In this document: positions 36,744 through 45,381 of the stretch, piece after piece | How the letters are laid out: every line of letters begins with the position of its first letter | Numbering within the stretch: position 1 is the first letter of the stretch | Translations under genes and position numbers: made by a program | The notes under the pieces: generated by a model | What the model was told of the DNA's origin: nothing | Seen by the model: only the letters and a program-made list of their open reading frames with translations | Database searches by the model: none | Source of the DNA: Nitrospirota bacterium | GTDB lineage: Bacteria; Nitrospirota; Nitrospiria; Nitrospirales; Nitrospiraceae | Direction of reading: 5' to 3' | DNA length: 60,013 bases | NCBI GenBank assembly: GCA_005877775.1 | Contig: VBOJ01000050.1 | Location: 1 to 60,013, forward strand

Positions 36744-37334
36744 ATGAGCGTGAGCGTGTTGGCAAAACAACTGTTGGACGCGGTGATGTTCCGCGAGATC
36801 TGGAACGCGATGAAGGTCACCTTCACACACATGTTCCATCGCCCCATCACTTTTCAATATCCGCGAGAAGAGCGGACGATTCCTGACACCCACCGAGGGG
36901 CCCTCGCGTTGCTGCGTTACGATGACGGGGCTGAGCGGTGCGTGGGTTGCGATCTGTGCGAGGTCGCCTGCCCCTCCCACTGCATCAAAGTCGTCAGCAC
37001 CGAAGATGAGTCCCTTCCCCTGCGACGGTACGCGAGCGAGTTCTATATCGACATAACCAAGTGCGTGTTCTGCGGCTATTGTGTGGAGGCATGCCCTGTG
37101 AATGCGCTGGCGATGACGAAGATGTACGAATACTCAACCCATGACAAACGTACGCTCCTGTTCGATAAGAAACGGCTCTACGAGATCGGCGAACGATTCA
37201 TCGAGGATGCCAAGAAATACCTGTACGCGCACAATCAGGAGAAAAACGATCAGATGTTCCACGACTACCGCTACTTCTTCCCCCAGTCGGTTCTCAAACC
37301 AACACAACCGTTGCCACCCAAACACCTGACCTGA
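36744..37334 (+). CDS. nuoI: NADH-quinone oxidoreductase subunit I
   Basis: Two ferredoxin motifs, CVGCDLCEVACP and CVFCGYCVEACP. Confidence 0.92.
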   Translation: MSVSVLAKQLLDAVMFREIWNAMKVTFTHMFHRPITFQYPREERTIPDTHRGALALLRYDDGAERCVGCDLCEVACPSHCIKVVSTEDESLPLRRYASEFYIDITKCVFCGYCVEACPVNALAMTKMYEYSTHDKRTLLFDKKRLYEIGERFIEDAKKYLYAHNQEKNDQMFHDYRYFFPQSVLKPTQPLPPKHLT

Positions 37335-37346
37335 GCCGTACCCCCT

Positions 37347-37874
37347 ATGGTCCTTGCCTTCTTCGCTTACTGCTCTCTGGTCAGCATTGTGGCCGGGTTC
37401 CTCACGGTTGCCCTGAAAAACCCGGTGCACTGCGGAATTGCGCTCCTGACTCTCCTGCTGCATGTGGCCGGCCTGTTCGTCCTCTTGAACGCGGAATTCC
37501 TGGCCATGGTCCAGATCATCGTCTATGCGGGTGCGATCCTGGTCCTGTACCTGTTCGTGTTGATGCTGCTCAATTTGAAGACCGACGAACGGTACTTGCA
37601 TTCAAGGTTCGCGTTGATTCTGTTCGCAGCCGTGGCAATTTGCGGCGAGCTCCTCCTCTTGATCGTGGGATCTCCTTTCGGCGGGTTGAAGGGTGACGCG
37701 CCCACGGAGGTGGTCCTCAAGGACGGAGCCAGTTATGCGATCGGCATCAAGATGTTCAGCGACTACCTGCTACAGTTCGAGATCATCGGCGTCTTCCTGA
37801 CGGGCGCAATCGTTGGGGCGATTGTGTTGGCCAAGACACCGACGTCCGCCGACATTGATAACCGTGAGGGGTAA
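37347..37874 (+). CDS. nuoJ: NADH-quinone oxidoreductase subunit J
   Basis: 175 aa, 5 TM helices, and VQIIVYAGAILVLYLFV typical of NuoJ. Confidence 0.9.
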   Translation: MVLAFFAYCSLVSIVAGFLTVALKNPVHCGIALLTLLLHVAGLFVLLNAEFLAMVQIIVYAGAILVLYLFVLMLLNLKTDERYLHSRFALILFAAVAICGELLLLIVGSPFGGLKGDAPTEVVLKDGASYAIGIKMFSDYLLQFEIIGVFLTGAIVGAIVLAKTPTSADIDNREG

Positions 37875-37947
37875 GGCGTTAGGCATGTGGCGCGAAGGCG
37901 GACAGGGTGTCGTGACCCCTTACGCCTCACCCCTTACGCCTTACGAG
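37864..37947. repeat. heptad inverted repeat (GTGAGGG GTAAGGC GTTAGGC ... TTACGCC TCACCCC TTACGCC TTACGAG)
   Basis: nuoJ-nuoK spacer. The left arm contains the nuoJ TAA stop. Confidence 0.85.
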
Positions 37948-37952
37948 TCGTT

Positions 37953-38255
37953 ATGGTCCCGTTAAGCGCATACGTGGCACTCAGCGCGACCCTGTTCGCG
38001 ACCGGGCTGATCGGCGTGCTGATCCGCCGGAACTTCATCATCGTCTTGATGGCGGTAGAGATCATGCTGAATGCGGCCAATATCAATCTGGTGGCCTTTT
38101 CCCACTACTTGGAATCCATGACCGGTCAGATCGTGGCACTCTTCGTCATCGCCATCGCGGGCGGGGAGGCGGCCGTCGGGTTGGCCATTATCATCGTAGT
38201 GTTCCGCGGGAAAATCTCAACGAACGTCGACGAGATCAACCTCTTGAAGTGGTAA
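37953..38255 (+). CDS. nuoK: NADH-quinone oxidoreductase subunit K
   Basis: 100 aa starting at MVPLSAYV, with the MAVEIMLNAANINLVAF motif. The ORF extends to 37887 only by reading through the repeat. Confidence 0.9.
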   Translation: MVPLSAYVALSATLFATGLIGVLIRRNFIIVLMAVEIMLNAANINLVAFSHYLESMTGQIVALFVIAIAGGEAAVGLAIIIVVFRGKISTNVDEINLLKW

Positions 38256-38256
38256 C

Positions 38257-40251
38257 GTGTTCGATCTGCTTGTCATTCTGATCCCCGCCCTCCCGCTGAC
38301 AGCCGTCCTCTTGAATGGGCTGTTGGGGACTCGCTACTCGCATGAGTTCGCACATCGGCTGGGCTGGGGCTCGGTCGCGGGGTCCTTCCTCTGCTCGATC
38401 GTCGTGTTCGCCGATACGCTCAAGACCGGCGCCGTGCAGGAAGTGACGGTCTATACTTGGATCTTCGGCGGCGACCTGACGATCAATTTGGCCTTCCTCA
38501 TCGACCCTCTCACCTGCATCATGCTGCTGGTGGTCACCGGCGTCGGGTTCCTGATCCATCTGTACTCGGTCGGGTACATGCATGGCGAGCGTGGCTTCAC
38601 GCGCTTTTTCACATACATGAACCTGTTCATGGTGTCCATGCTGCTCCTGGTGATGGGAAACAATTATCTCGTCCTCTTCATCGGATGGGAAGGCGTGGGG
38701 CTCTGCTCCTACCTCCTGATCGGATACTATTACGACCGCGTCTCGGCCGCCAAAGCCGCCACGAAAGCGTTCGTGGTCAACCGAATCGGTGACGCCGGAT
38801 TTCTCCTGGCGATCTTTCTGGTCTTCGTGAACTTCAACACACTGGACTATACCCAGGTGTTTGCGCAAGCCGGCAAGCTTTCACCGGAGATGGCGACGGC
38901 AATCGCCATCTGCCTGCTGATCGGCGCGATCGGGAAATCAGCCCAGATCCCCCTGTACACCTGGCTGCCGGATGCGATGGAAGGCCCCACCCCGGTCAGC
39001 GCGCTGATTCACGCTGCCACCATGGTCACGGCCGGCGTCTATATGATCGTCCGAAACCATGTGATCTACGACATGTCGCCGGTGGCGATGACCACGGTGG
39101 CCTGGGTCGGCGGCCTGACCGCGCTGTTTGCCGCGACGATCGGGCTCGTCCAGAACGACATCAAACGCGTACTGGCCTATTCTACCGTGAGCCAGCTCGG
39201 CTACATGTTCCTCGCCTGCGGGATCGGCGCATACACGGCCGCGATCTTTCATCTGATGACCCACGCGTTCTTCAAGGCTCTGCTCTTCCTCTCGGCCGGC
39301 TCCGTGATCCACGCCCTGTCGGGCGAACAGGACATCCGGAACATGGGCGGGCTGAAGGCCAAGCTCCCCTGGACCCACAGCCTGTTCCTGGTGGGCACCT
39401 TGGCCATTGCCGGCATCTTCCCGCTGGCCGGGTTCTGGAGCAAGGACGAAATCATGGCGCATGCCTTCACGCATCGTTACTACGCGCTCTATGCGATGGC
39501 CGTACTCGGCGCGTTCCTGACGTCCTTCTACATGTTTCGACTCACGTACCTGACGTTCTACGGGCAGTCGCGAGTCGACCACCACGTCGCCGAGCACATC
39601 CATGAATCCCCCCCGGTCATGACCGGACCGCTGGTGGTCTTGGCAGTCCTTTCCGTGATTGGTGGCTTCCCCGGGGTGCCGCCTGAGGAAGGGTGGTTCC
39701 ATGATTTCCTCCGTCCGGCCGCTGCCGGGGCCGGCGAAGTGCACTCGGCCGGACTGGGACTCGTCGTGGCACTGATGGGGGCGGCGACCGTGATCGCCCT
39801 GATGGGCTGGGGGCTGGCACACTACCTCTACGGCATCCGTCCCGAGGCGGCGCAGGAGTGGGTTGCCGTTGCGCCCCACGCCTACCAGACGCTCCTCAAT
39901 AAATACTACGTCGACGAGCTCTATGACTTGCTGGTGGTCGAGCCGACCAAACGGCTTGGCATGGTCTGTGACTGGTTCGATCGGACCGTGATCGATGGCA
40001 TCGTGCTGGGCGTCTGGCGCGTAACCCAATCAGGCTCGGCGCTCAGCACAGGATTCGAGAAATATGCGATCTATGGACTCATTAATGTCGCGGGATACGC
40101 CAACCATCTGGCCGCGCGATCCTGGCGGAAACTGCAGAGTGGAATGGTGCACCATTACGCCGCCATGATTGTGGCAGGGCTGTTCATTCTGGTCCATCTG
40201 ATCCTGGCCTGGTGGACCGGTTCTACCGTGTTCGGCCTGGCCTTGCGATAG
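38257..40251 (+). CDS. nuoL: NADH-quinone oxidoreductase subunit L (long form, 664 aa)
   Basis: GTG start. WEGVGLCSYLLIGYYY and VLAYSTVSQLGYMF motifs. Confidence 0.92.
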   Translation: MFDLLVILIPALPLTAVLLNGLLGTRYSHEFAHRLGWGSVAGSFLCSIVVFADTLKTGAVQEVTVYTWIFGGDLTINLAFLIDPLTCIMLLVVTGVGFLIHLYSVGYMHGERGFTRFFTYMNLFMVSMLLLVMGNNYLVLFIGWEGVGLCSYLLIGYYYDRVSAAKAATKAFVVNRIGDAGFLLAIFLVFVNFNTLDYTQVFAQAGKLSPEMATAIAICLLIGAIGKSAQIPLYTWLPDAMEGPTPVSALIHAATMVTAGVYMIVRNHVIYDMSPVAMTTVAWVGGLTALFAATIGLVQNDIKRVLAYSTVSQLGYMFLACGIGAYTAAIFHLMTHAFFKALLFLSAGSVIHALSGEQDIRNMGGLKAKLPWTHSLFLVGTLAIAGIFPLAGFWSKDEIMAHAFTHRYYALYAMAVLGAFLTSFYMFRLTYLTFYGQSRVDHHVAEHIHESPPVMTGPLVVLAVLSVIGGFPGVPPEEGWFHDFLRPAAAGAGEVHSAGLGLVVALMGAATVIALMGWGLAHYLYGIRPEAAQEWVAVAPHAYQTLLNKYYVDELYDLLVVEPTKRLGMVCDWFDRTVIDGIVLGVWRVTQSGSALSTGFEKYAIYGLINVAGYANHLAARSWRKLQSGMVHHYAAMIVAGLFILVHLILAWWTGSTVFGLALR

Positions 40252-40274
40252 CCGGAGAATGGAGTGAGCGCGTC

Positions 40275-41834
40275 ATGCTAGAGGAATTTGCCTTCGGGTT
40301 TCCGATCCTGTCGCTGTTGCTCTTCCTCCCCTTGCTCGGAGCCCTCTCCTTGTGGCTGCTGGATGACGAGGATCTGATCAAGAACGCGGCGCTGGCCGTC
40401 TCGGCGTTGGAACTCGTCCTCGCGATCATCGTCTTGCTGCGCTTTGTACCGGACTCCGCCGCGATGCAATTCTCCGAGCGACTGCGGTGGATCCCGCCGC
40501 TCGGGATCAGCTACCACCTCGCGGTGGACGGCATCAGCGTCCTGTTCGTCGGCCTCACCGCGTTGCTCACTACCCTGATCGTGGTGCATTCCTGTGATAC
40601 GGTTCGACAGCAGATCAAACTGTATTTCATGACCTTGCTGGCACTTGAGACCACCATCATCGGCATCTTCGTCTCGATCGATCTGATCCTCTTCTTCGTC
40701 TTCTGGGAGCTGATGCTGATCCCCAGCTATTTCCTGATCAAGCTGTGGGGCGGCGGAGTCGAACGGCAGTACGCCGCTCTCAAGTACGTCCTGTACACCC
40801 TGTTGGGCAGTGTGTTCATGCTGGTCGGCATCGCGCTCCTGAACCTGAACTACCATGACTGGGCGGTCACACACCACATTGAGCCCTCCTACTCCTTCGA
40901 CTTCCTCGAGCTTCTGACGGTCCCAATTCCCAGGGACCAACAGATCCTGATCTTCTGGCTGATCTTCGCGGGGCTGGCGTTCAAGGCTCCAATCGTTCCG
41001 TTCCACACGTGGCTCCCTGACGTCCTGCTGGAGGGCCCGATTGGGATGGCGGTTGTCCTGGCTGGGATCAAGCTCGGCACCTACGGCTTCATCCGGTTCA
41101 GCCTGCCTCTCTTGCCGGACGCCTCAAAGAGCGAGGGAGTGGTGACGATCATGGCGACGTTGGCCTTGATCGCAATCGTCTATGGAGCGATCGTGGCTCT
41201 GATCCAACCGGATTTTCGCCGACTGCTGGCGTTCAGCAGCATCAGCCATCTGGGCTTCGTCGTGCTGGGCCTGTTCGCATTGAACTTCCAGGGCCTGCAG
41301 GGAAGCTTGCTGACCATGATCAACCTCGGCTTCAGCACCGCCGGACTGTTCTTTATGGCCGGGTTTCTCTACGTAAGGCGGCACAACACCCATCTGTCAG
41401 CCTTCGGCGGGCTCGCCCGACAAGTCCCGCTGCTGGCGACGTTCTTGCTGATCATCGGACTCGCCTCGATCGGGCTTCCGGGTACCAATGGGTTCGTCGG
41501 AGAGTTTCTGATCCTGCTCGGCGCCTTCAAGGCGCATTGGGTCTATGGCGCGGTGGCGGTGACAGGCGTCATCTTGGGAGCAGCCTATTTCCTGTGGTAC
41601 TACGAGCGGGCCATGTTCGGGCCCTTGGCGCAGGGGCTGGGTCAGGCGATGGCGGACCTGCATGCCCGCGAACTGTTCATCGCCGTTTCGTTGTCCATTA
41701 TGATTTTCTGGATCGGACTCTACCCGGCTCCGTTCCTGCGGATCATGAATGGCTCGGTGCAGGCGCTCGTTCAACGGTTGGACCACGGGTCAGCGGGCGC
41801 AGTCCAGGCCACAAGGCTCATCTCGCGCGAGTAA
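40275..41834 (+). CDS. nuoM: NADH-quinone oxidoreductase subunit M
   Basis: LLAFSSISHLGFVVLG and an antiporter-like fold. Start at MLEEFAFG with a GGAG RBS. Confidence 0.9.
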   Translation: MLEEFAFGFPILSLLLFLPLLGALSLWLLDDEDLIKNAALAVSALELVLAIIVLLRFVPDSAAMQFSERLRWIPPLGISYHLAVDGISVLFVGLTALLTTLIVVHSCDTVRQQIKLYFMTLLALETTIIGIFVSIDLILFFVFWELMLIPSYFLIKLWGGGVERQYAALKYVLYTLLGSVFMLVGIALLNLNYHDWAVTHHIEPSYSFDFLELLTVPIPRDQQILIFWLIFAGLAFKAPIVPFHTWLPDVLLEGPIGMAVVLAGIKLGTYGFIRFSLPLLPDASKSEGVVTIMATLALIAIVYGAIVALIQPDFRRLLAFSSISHLGFVVLGLFALNFQGLQGSLLTMINLGFSTAGLFFMAGFLYVRRHNTHLSAFGGLARQVPLLATFLLIIGLASIGLPGTNGFVGEFLILLGAFKAHWVYGAVAVTGVILGAAYFLWYYERAMFGPLAQGLGQAMADLHARELFIAVSLSIMIFWIGLYPAPFLRIMNGSVQALVQRLDHGSAGAVQATRLISRE

Positions 41835-41840
41835 CATTCT

Positions 41841-43556
41841 ATGATCGACTCGACCTTGCTGATTATTTTGTTCGCGCCCTTCGCGGGTGCCACCACGTTA
41901 CTGTTCGTGTCGAATAAACAGGCGCTATTGGTCCGCGTGATTGCCGCAGCCGCGGCCGGCATGTCGCTGCTCACCTCCTTCTACATGTTCTTCGCATACG
42001 ATCCTGTGGAAGGTGGATTTCAGTTCGTGAAGCGGTTTGAGTGGTCGAAGGAGTTGGGCATCGCCTTCTACCTCGGCGTGGACGGCATCGGGGCACCGCT
42101 GGTACTGGCGTCTTCCATTCTATTGTTTGCCGGGATCTTCATCTCCTGGCACATCAAGGACCGCACCAAGGAGTTCTACATTTTCTTGCTGATCCTGGCT
42201 GCCGCCACCATGGGCGTGTTCATGTCCCTGGACCTGTTCTTCCTCTATTTCTTTTATGAGATGTCGGTCATCCCGATGTACCTCCTGCTGGGGGTCTGGG
42301 GCAGTCATACCAAGGGCTACCTGGACATGTCCGATCCCGAAGGCCTGAAAAAGCGCGATTCGGTCGGGTTCATCTTCAACTTTGCCGCCAACAGTAAGGA
42401 ATACGCCGCGATGAAGTTGACGCTGTTTCTGTCCGTCGGAGCGGTCGTCGCGCTCATGGGCATCCTGTTGATCTATAAGTTCTCGGGCCTCAACACGTTC
42501 GACATCCTGGTCCTGCGCGAGCAGGCCAAGTTCTCCGGCTCGCTGGCCACGATCATTTGGCTCCTGATCTTCTTTGGGTTCGCCTCGATCGCGCCGATCT
42601 GGCCTCTGCACTCCTGGTCGCCGGTCGGCCATGCCGCGGCGCCGGCCGCCACCAGCATGTTGCACGCGGGCGTCTTGATGAAGCTGGGACATTTTTCGAT
42701 CATCCGCATTGCCTTCGAGATTCTGCCCGAGACCACCCACGAGCTGATGCCGATTGCGGCCGTGCTCTGCATCTTCAATATATTTTACGGCGGATTTGTG
42801 GCCTATTACGCACGGGACACCAAGTATGTGATCGGGTACTCCAGCTCCAGCCATATGGGGTACGTCTTCCTCGGCATGGCGGCGCTGGACTACATCAGCC
42901 TGACCGGCGCGGTGCTCTACATGTTCGCGCATGCCTTGGCCACCGGCATGCTCTTCGCGATGGCCGGGTGGATCTATGACCAGACACACATGCGCGACAT
43001 TCCGTCGCTCGGAGGACTGGTCAACCGGATGCCGTTCGTCGCAGCCTGCTTCATGGTGGCCTGTATGGCCTCGATCGGCATGCCCGGCACGGTGAACTTC
43101 ATCGCCGAAGTCATGATCATCGTCGGAAGCTGGCACAAATATCCGTTCCAGGTTCTAGTGGCCGTGGCGGGGATCGCCCTCACGATGGCGTACCTGTTCA
43201 GAATGATGCGAGGGGTGTTCTACGGACCGATGGAGCACAAGTACAGCCATGCGCACGATGCGGTGGCGCCGGTGGATCGGCTCCCGCTGTTGCTCATGAT
43301 CGCCTGCAGCATCGCGTTTGGCATCTTCCCTGGACACTTCTACGACGTCATCCGGTCCGGGGTAGACCCTCTCGTGACCCGCATCACGGCGGTTGTGCCG
43401 CTGGCGGAGCAAACCCGTGAGGAGTTAGGGGTAAGGAGTGAGGCGAAGGTCTCCGGAGATCTGAGCCGGTCGCTGCTGCCCTCCGATAACCCCTCACCCC
43501 TCACGCCGACTCGACTGAGCTCGTCGCAGGCTCACGCCTCACGAGGATCGGAATGA
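41841..43556 (+). CDS. second NuoM-type antiporter-like subunit (571 aa)
   Basis: VIGYSSSSHMGYVFLG and FFYEMSVIPMYLLLG motifs. The last ~44 codons translate a heptad repeat element. Confidence 0.85.
   Translation: MIDSTLLIILFAPFAGATTLLFVSNKQALLVRVIAAAAAGMSLLTSFYMFFAYDPVEGGFQFVKRFEWSKELGIAFYLGVDGIGAPLVLASSILLFAGIFISWHIKDRTKEFYIFLLILAAATMGVFMSLDLFFLYFFYEMSVIPMYLLLGVWGSHTKGYLDMSDPEGLKKRDSVGFIFNFAANSKEYAAMKLTLFLSVGAVVALMGILLIYKFSGLNTFDILVLREQAKFSGSLATIIWLLIFFGFASIAPIWPLHSWSPVGHAAAPAATSMLHAGVLMKLGHFSIIRIAFEILPETTHELMPIAAVLCIFNIFYGGFVAYYARDTKYVIGYSSSSHMGYVFLGMAALDYISLTGAVLYMFAHALATGMLFAMAGWIYDQTHMRDIPSLGGLVNRMPFVAACFMVACMASIGMPGTVNFIAEVMIIVGSWHKYPFQVLVAVAGIALTMAYLFRMMRGVFYGPMEHKYSHAHDAVAPVDRLPLLLMIACSIAFGIFPGHFYDVIRSGVDPLVTRITAVVPLAEQTREELGVRSEAKVSGDLSRSLLPSDNPSPLTPTRLSSSQAHASRGSE
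43417..43543. repeat. heptad inverted repeat (GTGAGGA GTTAGGG GTAAGGA GTGAGGC ... TAACCCC TCACCCC TCACGCC) inside the 3' end of the second nuoM
   Basis: Same family and same 7-nt register (arms 70 nt apart) as the nuoD-G and nuoJ-K spacers. Confidence 0.8.
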
Positions 43557-45049
43557 CCTTCAACCTGACCCTGTCCGGCGCGGACCTGCTCCTGCTCGTC
43601 CCGGAGATGCTGCTGACGGTGTGGTTGTGCGTGGTCTTGATCGTGGACTTCGCCATGCCGCGCTTGCCGAAGGAACACCTGGCCTACCTCAGCGTGGGCG
43701 GACTGGGTGGTGTGCTGGCCTGCCTTCTGTGGTTCGATCTCGCCGGAATTTCCGGAAGCTTGTTTGCCCATATGTTCGTGGTGGACGGCTTGGCGCTGTT
43801 CTTCAAGATCTTTGTCGTGGGCGCCACGATCTTGGTGATTCTAGCCTCAGTGGATTATGTCCGGCGCTTCCGCTTCTTCAAGGGCGAGTACTATTTCCTG
43901 GTGCTCATGTCGGCCCTGGGCATGATGTTCATGGCATCGGCCAATGATCTCTTGTCGGTCTTCATCACGCTGGAATTCTCGACCTTCGGGTTCTATGTGC
44001 TGGTGGCCTATTTGCGCGATGACGCCGCCTCGAATGAAGCCGGGCTCAAATTTTTCATCCTGGGCGTGTTCGCGGCCGCGATCCTGGCGTACGGCATCAG
44101 CCTCGTCTATGGCGAGACCGGGAAACTCGTGTTTCAGGACATTGCGGCAGCCTCCTACACTCCTGGGCTCGTGATCGGGTTCCTGCTGATCTTCGCGGCG
44201 CTGGGGTTCAAGATCGGCGCGGTGCCGTTCCATTCCTGGATCCCCGACACCTATCACGGCGCGCCGACCCCTGTCACTGCCTTTCTCTCAATCGCGCCCA
44301 AGGGAGCGGCGTTCGCGATCCTGATCCGCATGTTCTTTGTGTCGCTGGTCGCCTTCAAGCCGGCTTGGGTCCTGCTCCTGGTCGGCGCCTCGATTCTCTC
44401 CATGACGTACGGCAACATCGTGGCCATCGCCCAGCGCAACATGAAGCGTCTGCTGGCCTACTCCGGCATCGCGCAGATCGGCAACATCCTCATCGGCTTA
44501 GCGGCCGGCACGAAGATGGGCGGCGACGCCATCCTGTTCTATTTGCTGACATACCTGTTCGCCAACCTCGGCGCCTTCGCGATCGTCATCGCCGTCGGGA
44601 ATCTGATTCGCAGCGACGAAATCGAGGACTACTCCGGCTTGAACCGGCGCTCTCCGTTCCTGGCCTTCGCCATGCTGGTCTTCTTATTGTCTCTGGCCGG
44701 CGTCCCGCCGCTGGCAGGCTTCATCGGCAAGCTCTACATCTTCGTGGCGGCGATCAAGGAAGGGCTCTACACCTTGATCATCGTGGGGCTGATCAACATC
44801 GTGATCTCGATGTACTACTATCTGGTCATCGTCAAGAAAATGTACATCAACGAGCCGACGGACCCCTCTCCGCTCAGCATTTCAGGACCGATGAAAGCTG
44901 TGGTCTACGTCGGGCTCGCCGGCACGTTGATCCTAGGGATTTATCCACAGCCGTTCATCGACTGGGTCGTGGCCGCCACCCTCATGTTTTCCAACGTTGT
45001 TGACTCCACCGCCTCGATGCGACCCACTGTCCCTCCTTTCGGAGGCTGA
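43553..45049 (+). CDS. nuoN: NADH-quinone oxidoreductase subunit N
   Basis: LLAYSGIAQIGNILIG motif, 498 aa. ATGA overlap with the preceding gene. Confidence 0.9.
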   Translation: MTFNLTLSGADLLLLVPEMLLTVWLCVVLIVDFAMPRLPKEHLAYLSVGGLGGVLACLLWFDLAGISGSLFAHMFVVDGLALFFKIFVVGATILVILASVDYVRRFRFFKGEYYFLVLMSALGMMFMASANDLLSVFITLEFSTFGFYVLVAYLRDDAASNEAGLKFFILGVFAAAILAYGISLVYGETGKLVFQDIAAASYTPGLVIGFLLIFAALGFKIGAVPFHSWIPDTYHGAPTPVTAFLSIAPKGAAFAILIRMFFVSLVAFKPAWVLLLVGASILSMTYGNIVAIAQRNMKRLLAYSGIAQIGNILIGLAAGTKMGGDAILFYLLTYLFANLGAFAIVIAVGNLIRSDEIEDYSGLNRRSPFLAFAMLVFLLSLAGVPPLAGFIGKLYIFVAAIKEGLYTLIIVGLINIVISMYYYLVIVKKMYINEPTDPSPLSISGPMKAVVYVGLAGTLILGIYPQPFIDWVVAATLMFSNVVDSTASMRPTVPPFGG

Positions 45050-45381
45050 GCCGGCGCCGCTTGCCATTCGTAAAGGCTGGACCAATCGGCCTGATCTGCT
45101 ACAATAGCCGGCATGGAACGCGCAGGCACGGTCTTCACGGCGCGTCGGCTTCTATCAGGACCGCGCCAGGGTTCACCCAGAGGGTTCATTCGATGTCCGC
45201 CCTTCTCCGGATCGCGGTGACCAGGCCGAGCGGAAGACCGAGTCTGTGGCGCCAGAACGGACATCCACCTCGCATGTCGCGGCGTCCCTGCCCACGGTCC
45301 GCACCCACGACAGCACGTGCCACTGGCTGGTCCTGTCTCCTGCCGCCCAATGTAGGTCGCGAGTAACGGCTGCTGGCTCCT

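Noticed and set aside
31262-43543. Short tandem repeats considered as a possible CRISPR array.
   Set aside because: The units are 7 nt with no unique spacers, the arms are inverted rather than direct, the repeats are scattered across operon spacers, and no cas genes are present in the window.
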